Source: Gemmatimonadota bacterium
GTDB taxonomy: Bacteria; Gemmatimonadota; Gemmatimonadetes; Palauibacterales; Palauibacteraceae
DNA: 39,726 bases
Assembly: GCA_039588275.1 (NCBI GenBank)
Contig: JBDHAC010000043.1
Location: 1 to 39,726 of the forward strand
Reading direction: 5' to 3'
Shown: one piece after another, positions 1 through 9,085 of the stretch
Layout: every line of letters begins with the position of its first letter
Numbering within the stretch: the stretch's first letter is position 1
Position numbers and translations under genes: made by a program
The notes under the pieces: model-generated
What the model saw: the letters and a program-made list of their open reading frames with translations, nothing else
Databases searched by the model: none
Told to the model about the DNA's origin: nothing

Positions 1-10
1 AGCGCGAGCA

Positions 11-646
11 TCACTTCACGTGGAAAACGATGCTCTGGTGCACCCAGACGGCCACGACCTTGTCTCGGTTCTGGGCGGGGGTGAAGCGCATCTCGCTCGC
101 GACTCGCCCCGCGGCTTCATCCAGCTGTGCGTTCCCGCTCGAAATCTTCACCTGGCTCTTCTCGACGAGACCCTGGTCGTTCACGTACAGCCATAGCTCG
201 ACCCGGCCACCGACCCCCGCATCCTTCAGGTTGCGCGGGTAGTAGCGCCGCAACGACTGCTCGACCTGTGCCGAGTTCCTCAACCGCGGGGGCGTGTCGT
301 AAGGAATGAACGAAGGCCGGTCCGACGGGCTCGCCCCCGACGGCGGGGGGGGCAGGTTCTCGACCGGGTTCTTCTCCCATGTGGTCGGGGCGATCGTAAC
401 ATCCTTGCTGACGTCCACCGCGGCGACCCTCGGAGTCGCCGGGCGCGCGATCTGTTCGGGCGGGGGCGGGATCTTCACCTCCGGCGGCAGGTCCACCGCC
501 GTGAGCTCGGCATTCACCACGCCCAGGTCCGCCGCCTCGAATGGTCGAACGAGCGCGAACAGACCCGTGTGCATCACAACCGCGCTGATCAACCCGGCCT
601 TCGTCCAGTTGGTGCTGGACGATTTGAATAGATCGTTCGCGTTCAT
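11..646 (-). CDS. tonB: TonB family energy transducer (N-terminal TM anchor, Pro-rich linker, TonB_C domain)
   Basis: Start re-called at ATG 646 (MNANDLF) behind AGGAGG. TM with SxxxH motif (ISAVVMH), PPEVKIPPPP linker, C-terminal YP..LKDAGVGGRVELWLYV..G.V..SSG...LDEAA...RFTPA. Confidence 0.88.
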   Translation of the reverse strand: MNANDLFKSSSTNWTKAGLISAVVMHTGLFALVRPFEAADLGVVNAELTAVDLPPEVKIPPPPEQIARPATPRVAAVDVSKDVTIAPTTWEKNPVENLPPPPSGASPSDRPSFIPYDTPPRLRNSAQVEQSLRRYYPRNLKDAGVGGRVELWLYVNDQGLVEKSQVKISSGNAQLDEAAGRVASEMRFTPAQNRDKVVAVWVHQSIVFHVK

Positions 647-1159
647 TGGGGTCCCCTCCTGCACGATAGCGGGGGCCGCGAGATGCGCCGTGACACCCCC
701 TTGATCAGATGCCGTCAGCTGATCAGATCTTACCTTGGCAAGGACGACGTGTAAGATCGCGGCTGTGGATGCCATTCTACAAGTGGTGACGCGCGTTCCC
801 CCCGGCGCTTGCCAGTTGGAGGGCGGACTTGGGCTGGAAAGCGCGTGGCCAGGGAGCAGGCGTGACCGCCATCCGAGGGAAGAGCCATAGGCAGCATACG
901 CGACCCTGCCTTCGCCAATGCGGCCGTGGGAGGGGCATTCCCGAACCCGGTTCGGGAGTGCGTGAGTTATGTGAAACTCGTGGGAGCTGATGCCGTGGGA
1001 GCATCTCTCTTCTGGCTCCCCTGAGCCGCCGAGTCGTTCAACCAGGGAATAATCCCCGCCTCGGGCTCCTGATTCGGGTAAACCTTCCCGGCTCCGCCCG
1101 TGCCTCACTCCGTATCACGATGCGGGCACGTCTCCATAACCGATTACGAATTAAACATA

Positions 1160-1193
1160 TAACAATTTCTTGCGGCCGTGGCGTGCCGCTTGC
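1160..1193 (+). promoter_or_regulatory. Putative sigma54 (-24/-12) promoter with adjacent IHF-like site, upstream of the tadG-like gene
   Basis: TGGCGTGCCGCTTGC at 1179-1193 fits TGGCACG-N4-TTGC spacing exactly. TAACAATTTCTTG at 1160-1172 resembles the IHF consensus WATCAANNNNTTR and lies in an AT-rich patch. Confidence 0.65.
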
Positions 1194-1253
1194 CTTCCTA
1201 GTGGTCGGTGGACTTGGGATAATCGTGCTCCAGCCGCACAGGGGGGCAGGACC

Positions 1254-1424
1254 GTGAGCCTCGTCGTCGCGCTGATTCTCGTCTACATCGCCGGTGTCTT
1301 GGTCGGCTGGATTACCAGGGCCGCTCTGTCCACCTGCGCGCACGCTCCGTTGCTAACTCTCCCCACTTCATACGGTTACAGGCCACACGCACAAGACCGC
1401 CGGGCACATGACCCACCGCGCTAG
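1254..1424 (+). CDS. Possible small single-TM protein (56 aa)
   Basis: GTG start after GGGGGCAGGACC; hydrophobic N-terminus SLVVALILVYIAGVLVGWI; lies between the sigma54 element and the tadG-like gene. Confidence 0.3.
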   Translation: MSLVVALILVYIAGVLVGWITRAALSTCAHAPLLTLPTSYGYRPHAQDRRAHDPPR

Positions 1425-2622
1425 CCCAGAGAATCGCTGCCACGGCTCACCGCGGACCTGTCGCTCGTCGTCTTCCCAGCTCATGAGTCCCGACCGGCCC
1501 AATGACCAGCGTGGCGCGGTCGCGGTCTTCATGGCGCTGGGCATTGCGGTGTTCATCAGCATCGCGGCGCTGGCGGTCGACATGGGCATGCTGATGACCG
1601 CCCGCAGCGAGGCCCAGCGGACGGCCGACGGTGCGGCGTTGGCTGGAGCCGGCTCACTCATCTACAAGCCGGGAGACCCAGCGCAGGCTCGACAGTGGGC
1701 CAAGCAATACGCGAGCCAGAACCAGGTCCGGGGCGGCCAGATCGCTCTGCGCGATCAGGATATCGACGTGCTTCTCCCCGACAAGGTGCGGGTCCGTGTG
1801 CTGCGCACCCAGAATTATGGCAGCCCCGTGTCGACCCTGTTCGCACGCATGTTCGGCGTGACCAACGTGGACGTGGCGACGGTGGCCGCCGCCGAGTGGT
1901 CCGTGGATGCCGCGTCCGTGAGCTGCCTGCTTCCGGTTGCCCTCCCGGATCGGTGGGTCAACTTCGGAAGCCTCGAATGGGATCCAAGCGAGGGCGATTA
2001 CTATCCGGAGCCGTACGACCAGTTCGGCAACCCGAACCCGGCCTACGTCGGATACGACATCATCGGCGAGCTGATCACGCTCGTGCCGTCGCAGGGCGGC
2101 AAGGGGCAGGGTCCGCCGCCGAGCAGCCGTTTGCAGCCGGGCTACTGGGACCTGTGGCTGCCACAGGGCGTTCATGGCGTGCCGGAACTTCGGGCGCGGG
2201 TCCTGGGCTGTCCGGATGGGCCTGAGAACGGTTACGTCCCGGGCGACCCGATGTGGAGGATCCCGGGGAACAAACAATCGCTCGTGGATTCGTTCAGGCA
2301 GATCCTCAACGACCCGCTCTACTCGGGGCAGTACTACGACCCGAGCTGCACGTGCGCGCGCGATGCCAGCAACGGGGGCCAGGTCGTGACCGGCGGGCTT
2401 CGGTATCGCGCGGTCCCCGCCTTCAACCCGAACACCTTCACGAAACAGGGCAGCGGGCCGCACTTCGTGATCAGCCATTTCGTGGGTGTGTTCATCGAAA
2501 GCATCGACCCGGGACCGCCCGGTAAGGCGAACGTGTACGCCCGGATCATGCCGGCCATCGGCTTCGGGAGCAGCAACCCGGGGGTCGGTCCGGTGGTGAA
2601 AGTACTCAGACTGGTGGAATGA
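1408..2622 (+). CDS. Flp/Tad pilus assembly protein, TadG-like minor pilin or adhesin
   Basis: QRG/AVAVFMALGIAVFISIAALAVDMG prepilin-like segment followed by EAQRTADGAALAGA, typical of Tad N-terminal domains. The start could instead be ATG 1483. Confidence 0.85.
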   Translation: MTHRASPENRCHGSPRTCRSSSSQLMSPDRPNDQRGAVAVFMALGIAVFISIAALAVDMGMLMTARSEAQRTADGAALAGAGSLIYKPGDPAQARQWAKQYASQNQVRGGQIALRDQDIDVLLPDKVRVRVLRTQNYGSPVSTLFARMFGVTNVDVATVAAAEWSVDAASVSCLLPVALPDRWVNFGSLEWDPSEGDYYPEPYDQFGNPNPAYVGYDIIGELITLVPSQGGKGQGPPPSSRLQPGYWDLWLPQGVHGVPELRARVLGCPDGPENGYVPGDPMWRIPGNKQSLVDSFRQILNDPLYSGQYYDPSCTCARDASNGGQVVTGGLRYRAVPAFNPNTFTKQGSGPHFVISHFVGVFIESIDPGPPGKANVYARIMPAIGFGSSNPGVGPVVKVLRLVE

Positions 2623-2633
2623 GCTTGAGCAAG

Positions 2634-2661
2634 ACGGGGCGGTTCTACCGGGGCCGCCCGT
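2634..2661 (+). terminator. GC-rich hairpin downstream of the tadG-like gene
   Basis: GGGCGGTTC-TACCG-GGGCCGCCC stem-loop about 12 nt after the stop; weak U-tract. Confidence 0.45.
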
Positions 2662-2957
2662 TCCTCGAGCAGGTTGGGGATTCGATTTCTCCCGGGCGCA
2701 TCGGTTCTCTGTATAAGAGTTGACTGACGCCGCCAGCGCCGCGGCCCCCTCCAGTGCCAGAGTCTCGCGCCCCCCCACCAGCCTGCCTCTCGCGATTCCG
2801 TTCCGGCCTATAAACTTATGGCAGTATTGTACTTTCGGGATCTTCTTGTCCAGAATCGTAGTGCGCTGCCGCCACTCTTGCGGTTACTGGATGCACCGAC
2901 CCATCGTGCGCACGCTGTTGTCCCGTTCCTTGCCACCCCTGCACCGGAGGTACCCCC

Positions 2958-3446
2958 ATGCGCAGGCTCATCCCGCTCATCGTACTTGCAATCGCCACCG
3001 TCTCGTTCGCGGCGTTCCGGCCCGCCGCGAGGACGGACGCCAGCGCCGTAGAGGGCGTCTGGAAGACCGTCCACGTAACCGCCACCAACGACGAGGGCAC
3101 GCAGGAGAACGAGATCACTCAACCGAGTCTCACGATCTTCACCGGCGGGCACTACGCGTCGTTCAGAATCAGCGGTGGCCAGGAGCCGCGGGAGCTGCTT
3201 CCGGAAGAGCCCACGGACGAGCAGCGGTTCGAAGCTTTTCGCCGGTACAACGCGGCGGCCGGTACCTACGAGGTCATGGGGGACGAGATCCACACGAAGC
3301 TGCTCATGCACCGGAACCCCAACGCGATGGCAGAGGGGGGCGGGGGAACCTCGACCTTCGAAGTGGACGGCGACACGATGTCCAGGACGTTCACGAACCC
3401 GAACAACGGGAACACCTTTCGCGTGAAGTACATGCGGGTCGAGTAG
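2958..3446 (+). CDS. Secreted protein, lipocalin-like beta-barrel
   Basis: GGAGG RBS, signal peptide, VEGVWK motif (G-x-W of lipocalin-like domains), AAAGTYEV, C-terminal KYMRVE. Confidence 0.7.
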   Translation: MRRLIPLIVLAIATVSFAAFRPAARTDASAVEGVWKTVHVTATNDEGTQENEITQPSLTIFTGGHYASFRISGGQEPRELLPEEPTDEQRFEAFRRYNAAAGTYEVMGDEIHTKLLMHRNPNAMAEGGGGTSTFEVDGDTMSRTFTNPNNGNTFRVKYMRVE

Positions 3447-3473
3447 CCGCGGCGAAAGACCACGGACACACAC

Positions 3474-3509
3474 CAGCTGGGGTGGTTCCCACCGGGGCCG
3501 CCCCAGCTG
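3474..3509. terminator. Strong hairpin between convergent genes (likely bidirectional terminator or REP-like element)
   Basis: CAGCTGGGGTGGTTCC-CACC-GGGGCCGCCCCAGCTG, 16-bp stem with G-U pairs. Confidence 0.6.
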
Positions 3510-3515
3510 ACTCAC

Positions 3516-5543
3516 TCAATCCTGGCTCGTCGCCGCCCGCTCCCGGTATCGCTCGAACCAGGCGAGAACGTTCGCCACCTTCCCGATGAGCTGACTGGGC
3601 CGGCGGGACATGTCGTGCGATGCGCCGGGCAGCCTTATGATCGCCGTGTCCACCTTCCGAAGCTTGAGCGCGTGGTAGAGTTGGTACGACTCCGAGAGCG
3701 GAGTCCGGAGATCCTCCTCACCCGTGACGATGAGGGTCGGGGTCGACACGCTCCCTACCAGTGAGATGGGGGAGAAGCGGAGGTAGTGCTCCGGGTTCTC
3801 CCATGGCAGACCCTCGTATCGCGTGTTGAAGTACCCGTACCAGTTGTCGGCCGTGAGGACCTTGCTGTACCAGTTGACGACCGGCTTCTGCGCGACGGCC
3901 GCCCGGAATCGATCCGTCTTCCCTACGATCCACGCGGTCATGATCCCGCCGGCGCTCCCACCCGTTACGAACAGGTTGTCCTCATCCACGTACCCGAGGT
4001 CGAGGACCGCGTCGACGCCCGACATGAGATCGTCGTAGTCCTGACCCGGATAGTTGTGGTACAGGAGGTCGCCGAACTCCTCGCCGTAGCTCGTGCTCCC
4101 CCGGGGGTTGGCGTAGAGCACCACGTACCCCGCCGCTGCATAGAGCTGCATCTCCGACGAGAAACGATCTCCGTAATTCGAGACCGGACCACCGTGGATC
4201 TCGAGGATGAGCGGATACGATCGGCTCGAATCGAAACCGGGCGGCTTGACGATCCAACCCTGGATACGCCGTTCATCGAACGAGGATTCCCACCAGATCT
4301 CTTCCACCTCGCCCAGCTCACGGTAGGCGAGCAGATCTTCGTTGAGACTCGTGATCCGCCGCGCCCCCGAGCCGTCTCGCGACCCCACGGCCACGTCGCC
4401 CGGGTAGTCGGGGCGCGTCTCGTTGAACGCGAACGAGCCGTCGCTCGCCACGGAGAACGACCCACCGCCGTATGGCCGGCCGTACGAGGTGCCCCCGACG
4501 TCGTGAGCGAGAACTTCGATGTCACCCTCCAGCGGGGCGAACGCGATCTTGGTATTCCCGCGGTCGTCGTACCGGAAATAGATGCCGCTCCCGTCCGGTG
4601 CCCAGATCGGGCTCGCGACGCTCCGGTCCAGCTCGGCAGTAACGGCGCGCTTCCCGCTCCCGTCCCGGTCCATGACGTAGAGTCGCCGCACCTGATACGT
4701 CCGCACACGATCGTCGTAGCCCACGTACGCGATGTGCCGACCGTCTGGCGAGATGGCCGGGCTCGCGTCGGGGCCGGCCCGGTCCGTGAGCGCCGTGATC
4801 CGACGGTCGACGAGCGACACCGCATACAACTCCGAGTTGCGGAAATCGTAGACGGCGTCCGGATTCCGATTGGAGGAGAACACGAGCGACTGCCCGTCGG
4901 GAGTCCACGACGGGGTGCTCGAGTGCTGGTAGTCGCCGGAGGTGATCTGAGTCGGCGTGCCGCCCTCCGCCGGCACGACGAACAGGTGGTCGTGCCCGAA
5001 GTCCAGGTAGCCAACGCCATCCTGACGACTCTTGAACCGATCCTCCATGATGGGTGGATCGGCCCAATCGGCACCCTCGGGGGATGTCGGTAGGGTCGCG
5101 AGGCTCGGCACGGGGTACGGGACCAGCATGTTGAACGCGATACGTCGTCCGTCGGGTGACCAGGCGATACCGCGCGGCGACTCCTGGAGCTGCGTGAGGG
5201 TCGCCATCTGGCCCGTGTCCATCCAGCGAACGTGGATTTGTCCGTCGCTCACGTAGGCCAGCCGGTCGCCGGATGGCGACCAGCGAGGCGAGCTCCCCTC
5301 CGCCAGCCGGCGATGGTCCGAGCCATCCGACGCCACGATCCAGATCTCCGCACCCCTGCGATCCCGCATGATGTCCATGGATGTGCGCACGTACGCGACG
5401 TGCCCGCCGTCCGGGGAGATTTGCGGGTCCGCCGCCCATTCCAGCCCGAACACGTCCATGTAGTCGAACCGCTCCCCTTCCTGCGCGCTCGCAGGGAGCG
5501 AAAGGCAGAGACCACCGAGCAACGCGAAGCGCAGCGTTCGCAT
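3516..5543 (-). CDS. S9 family peptidase (acylaminoacyl/dipeptidyl peptidase-like) with TolB-like beta-propeller
   Basis: Start re-called at ATG 5543 behind GGAGG; signal peptide; repeated WSPDG; IHGGP, GGSAGG nucleophile, GEEDLRTP (Asp), GASH (His). Confidence 0.93.
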   Translation of the reverse strand: MRTLRFALLGGLCLSLPASAQEGERFDYMDVFGLEWAADPQISPDGGHVAYVRTSMDIMRDRRGAEIWIVASDGSDHRRLAEGSSPRWSPSGDRLAYVSDGQIHVRWMDTGQMATLTQLQESPRGIAWSPDGRRIAFNMLVPYPVPSLATLPTSPEGADWADPPIMEDRFKSRQDGVGYLDFGHDHLFVVPAEGGTPTQITSGDYQHSSTPSWTPDGQSLVFSSNRNPDAVYDFRNSELYAVSLVDRRITALTDRAGPDASPAISPDGRHIAYVGYDDRVRTYQVRRLYVMDRDGSGKRAVTAELDRSVASPIWAPDGSGIYFRYDDRGNTKIAFAPLEGDIEVLAHDVGGTSYGRPYGGGSFSVASDGSFAFNETRPDYPGDVAVGSRDGSGARRITSLNEDLLAYRELGEVEEIWWESSFDERRIQGWIVKPPGFDSSRSYPLILEIHGGPVSNYGDRFSSEMQLYAAAGYVVLYANPRGSTSYGEEFGDLLYHNYPGQDYDDLMSGVDAVLDLGYVDEDNLFVTGGSAGGIMTAWIVGKTDRFRAAVAQKPVVNWYSKVLTADNWYGYFNTRYEGLPWENPEHYLRFSPISLVGSVSTPTLIVTGEEDLRTPLSESYQLYHALKLRKVDTAIIRLPGASHDMSRRPSQLIGKVANVLAWFERYRERAATSQD

Positions 5544-5571
5544 TCTACCTCCTCGAAGGTTCATGATACCG

Positions 5572-5618
5572 GCGAACCGGGATACGGTCAGCGAACCGGG
5601 ATACGGTCAGCGAACCGG
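5572..5618. repeat. Tandem repeat, 19-bp unit x about 2.5
   Basis: GCGAACCGGGATACGGTCA at 5572-5590 and 5591-5609, plus partial GCGAACCGG at 5610-5618. Confidence 0.9.
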
Positions 5619-5760
5619 ACAAGCCGGAATCATGCGCGGCACGAGCCCGGACCAGCAAGGAAAAGCGCTGGCTGGTCGACGTGGCTGTCGACGCGGGAAC
5701 GGGAGAGTGGCGGGAATTCCATCACAAGAATCCGTTCGTGACGCTCGACTGCGGCCCTGC

Positions 5761-6073
5761 TCGCTCGGGTTCGGCCCCGAGTACGAGTGGTCCACGGAGG
5801 TCGTCGTCTGTGAGCCCCCGCACGAGCTTCGAGCTCCGGATCACCAGGGCGGACCCGGACTGGGACGGCACGTCTGTGGGCTTCCAGTTGACGCCGCGAG
5901 ATCGCTCGCCCGAAGGGACGGCCACCACGGTCCGCTTTCATCATCGAGGCTGGCGGGAAGAGAACGAGCACTCGCGGGTTTCGTGTTACTGCTGGGCGAT
6001 GTATCTCCGAATACTGAAGCGATACCTGGAGCACGGTGAGCGCGTGCCGTACAGCGAGTGGTTGGACGTCTGA
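5761..6073 (+). pseudogene. SRPBCC/AHSA1 (START-like) domain gene, frameshifted and apparently N-terminally degraded
   Basis: SLGFGPEYEWSTEVVVCEPPHE is in one frame and FELRITRADPDWDGTSVGF...VRFHHRGW...SCYCWAMYLRILKRYLEHGE in another; junction near 5826-5828. No recognisable N-terminal WW-containing segment. Confidence 0.7.
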
Positions 6074-6189
6074 GCGGGTCCTCCAACCCGGCGCTCGCTA
6101 GCGCGAAAACACACCCGCGCGAAGGTCGCTTGCGCCCGAAGACGCGCTCTGGTCGCTGACCGCTGTCCGACGAACCGCAGGGAGGAACG

Positions 6190-6720
6190 ATGACCGAGCT
6201 TACACCCGAATACACCGAGGCGATGACACGCCACACCCTCGAGGGCACGCGCAAGGCCATGGACCCGCTGATGGGAGCGTTGGATCTAGTGCCCGACGAT
6301 CGGCTGGGCGAGCAGCCCGTCCCCGAGCAGCTGCCGATAGGCAAGATGATCGAGCACGCACTTGGCGCCGTGGCGTTCACGGCGAGATCGATTCGGCTAG
6401 GAAAGTGCGAGGAGGCCGATATCGCGGACCTGATGCAGGAGGACGAATCCACCGGCACGCGGCCGCGCATCCGCGAGGTCGAAAGCGCCGCACGGTCCGA
6501 GCTGGAGTCGACGTTGTCAGAGCTCGACGGGAACATGGCTGCGAACACGATCAACTACTGGTTCGGCTGGCAGTTGACCGGCCTCGAGACGGCAGGGCTC
6601 GGATACCAGGAGCTGATCCACCACCGTGGGCAGGTTCAGTCGTTCCTGCGCCTGATGGGGTACGCGCCCCCCGACATCTACGCTCCGGCGGAGGCAGCCC
6701 AGGAGGCGCTGTCCGAGTAG
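6190..6720 (+). CDS. DinB/YfiT-like family protein (cytoplasmic)
   Basis: GGAGG RBS; MIEH and ELIHHRGQVQSFLRLMG..PPDIY motifs. Confidence 0.85.
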   Translation: MTELTPEYTEAMTRHTLEGTRKAMDPLMGALDLVPDDRLGEQPVPEQLPIGKMIEHALGAVAFTARSIRLGKCEEADIADLMQEDESTGTRPRIREVESAARSELESTLSELDGNMAANTINYWFGWQLTGLETAGLGYQELIHHRGQVQSFLRLMGYAPPDIYAPAEAAQEALSE

Positions 6721-6741
6721 ACCGGTCCGAACAGAGAGGCG

Positions 6742-9032
6742 CTAGAACCGCAACAGGTACGACGCCTTGAGGAAGAACTGGTGCGCGTCGTTCCGGAGGG
6801 CGTCGACCCGTTGGAGTCGGCGCTCTCCGCCCGGCATATCGATCAGCTCGATATTCTGCCCGTTCGTGTTGACCCCCGCGTAGATCGCCGTCCACGGATT
6901 CACCCGGTACGTGACCAGGAAATCCGCGTTCAGGTTCTTTCGCGTCTCGAGCGACGTCAGAAGGGGATCGGTCGTCGTGTGCTCGTACTGGAGGATAGCC
7001 CGGACCGACAGCTCGCGGGTGAACTGCCAGTTCCAGCGCGTGCGCAGGATCCGGTCCGTGAAGATGCGGCCACCGCCGAGCGGATCAGCGAGCGTGGTCC
7101 ACAACACTGCGTTGTCGATCCTGAGCTGCGTGGCGGGTCGCAAGTTGAGCCCCAGGAGGAGCTGGAACCAATCCGCCTCCGACGGCTCATTTCCCTCTAC
7201 TGGATTGAAGTTGATTTGGCTGCCGAACCGCAGGTTTCCGCCGAGCTGGACCCAGTCCAGGTAGCTCGTTCCGTACTCGATGTCCCAAAACCCGACGTCG
7301 TAGTCACGAATCTCGCTCAGGGAGGGGTGGTCTTCCGGGCGGAGCCGATCGGTCGCGACACGGTAGTTGACTTCGAAGTTGGAGCCGCCGGTGAAGTTCC
7401 ACTCGAGGCTGGCCTCGGTGATCTCGTCGAGCAGGGTTCCGTCGTGATCCCACAGGCGAACGATGAACACCTCCGGTCCCCACGAGATCAGCGTCTTCTC
7501 GGGTCGGAAGAAGTAGCTCGCGAAGTGGCTCATCCGCCGCTGATCGGTTCGCGGGATGAACCCCCCCTGAGCCTCGAAATCGGGCGAGATGTCCGTGTAA
7601 CCGCCGAAGTAGGAGAACTGACGCCCGGATCGTGAGACCGAGGCCGATGCCGCGTACCCGGAGACGGCGTTCTCTCCCGGCTCCCGGGTCCGGCTCCCCA
7701 CGAACTGCCCGCTCGCGCTCCAGTGGTCGTCGAACCGCACGCGGCCGTCGGCCCCGCCCACGCGATTGTACCCGTTGTTGAATTCGCGGCCGGCGTATAT
7801 GGCGCCGAGGCGTGAGAAATCCCCCAGGTCGCGATTGACCCGACCGACCGTGAACCAGGCCCGCTTCCCCTCGAGATCGGAACCGACCGGAGCCAGCTTC
7901 CCCGGCGATTGATCGTCGATCAGGAGCGCGCCGATCCCCCAGGCGCCCGCCTTGCCCGTGAATCGAGATCCGAACTGCGGATCGGCGATCCGGCGCGTGA
8001 ACAGGACGCTGATCGGGGTGCGGAAATAGTCGGCGTTCTCGGTGAAGAACGGTCGGCGCTCGGGGAAGAAAACCTCGAAGCGCTGGTTCACCGTGACCTG
8101 TGGCCGGTCCGACTCGACCTGGCTGAAATCGGGGTTCGCCGTGAGATCGACGACGAACCGATCATCGAGGACGGCCTTGAAATCGGCGCCGAAGTCGAAG
8201 TCCGCGTCATCGGTCACGAACTGCGGTCCTCCCTCCGCGCGACGATCGAGCGCCCGAAACGACCGAGCGTTCGTGTACGGAATCACCTGAATGTTTCGAC
8301 CCGGCGAGATGTTCTCGAGGCCACTGAGCTCCGCGGACTGCGTGAGCGTGCCTTGCACTTCGCTGCTCACCCACGGCCAGTACGACACCTCGCCCTGATC
8401 CCTGGGGATGTTGCGGGAGAGGACGATGCCCCAGGTCTGCGCGCCCAGGGTGGGGAATCGAAGGCTCTTGAACGGAACCTCGAAGCTCACGATGTAACCG
8501 CTCCGCGTGAGTCGCCCGCGCGATCCCCACACCGCATCGAACGAGGTATCGAACCCTTGCCCCTCGGTCCATAACGCGTCCCACTGCACGCCCCGCGGGT
8601 TCGAACGGAAGGTGTACGCACGCCGGCTGTCGTGATCGGCGTCGAGGATGAGGGTCACGAAATCATCCCCGCCGATGTTCTCGCGTGACGCCATGCGCGC
8701 GCGGATGCGATCCGGCTCGTCGTCGGTCGCGACGAACACGGCATAGAGCGCGCGGTCGTCGTAGCCCAGATAGACCTCGGTCCGCTGTGTAGCGGGAACT
8801 CCGTCGCTCGGGTTCTGTTGAATGAAGCCGCTCACGCGCACGAACGCGGCGAGCGTGGGAGGGTGTTCGGCGAGTGGTCCGCGGCTCAACGCTTCGAGAT
8901 CCGGTGGCCCTGGCACGCGAGAGATCTTACGCTCACCGCCTGAGCAGTGAGGCCGGCCGCTGGCCAGAGGGAGAGCCCTACCACCGCTAATGTACAAAAT
9001 TCTACAGTTCTGGACCGTCGCACCGACATCAT
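6742..9032 (-). CDS. Outer-membrane protein with CBM9/DOMON-like domain and DUF5916-like beta-barrel; signal peptide is out of frame (1-nt frameshift near 8927)
   Basis: GFIQQNPSDG..ATQRTEVYLGYD..LYA.F, NPRGVQWD, FEVPFKSLRF, NPDFSQVESD, FFPERRPFF, C-terminal KASYLLRF. An upstream frame from ATG 9032 gives MMSVRRSRTVEFCTLAVVGLSLWPAAGLTAQAVSV. Confidence 0.8.
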
Positions 9033-9085
9033 GAGCTTATCGAAACGCGTCAGGGTTCTTCGGAGCTAGTCCGACCTAATCCGAC

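Noticed and set aside
647..1108. 154-aa N-terminal extension of the TonB ORF
   Set aside because: A good RBS and ATG at 646 give a normal TonB; the extension is non-protein-like and covers the divergent promoter region.
830..1110. Cobalamin or glycine riboswitch upstream of tonB
   Set aside because: Only fragments such as GGGAAG and GAGCCAGA on the minus strand; the conserved cores (GCAACTGT/GCCACTG or CACCGAAG) are missing.
3786..5093. Long antisense or alternate-frame ORFs (also 1654-2778, 9320-10702, 16194-17690, 26471-27508, 35066-36178, 38089-39603)
   Set aside because: Shadow ORFs of real genes, expected in high-GC DNA; R/P/G-rich with no motifs or RBS.
5572..5618. CRISPR array
   Set aside because: Repeats are directly adjacent with no spacers, and there are no cas genes.
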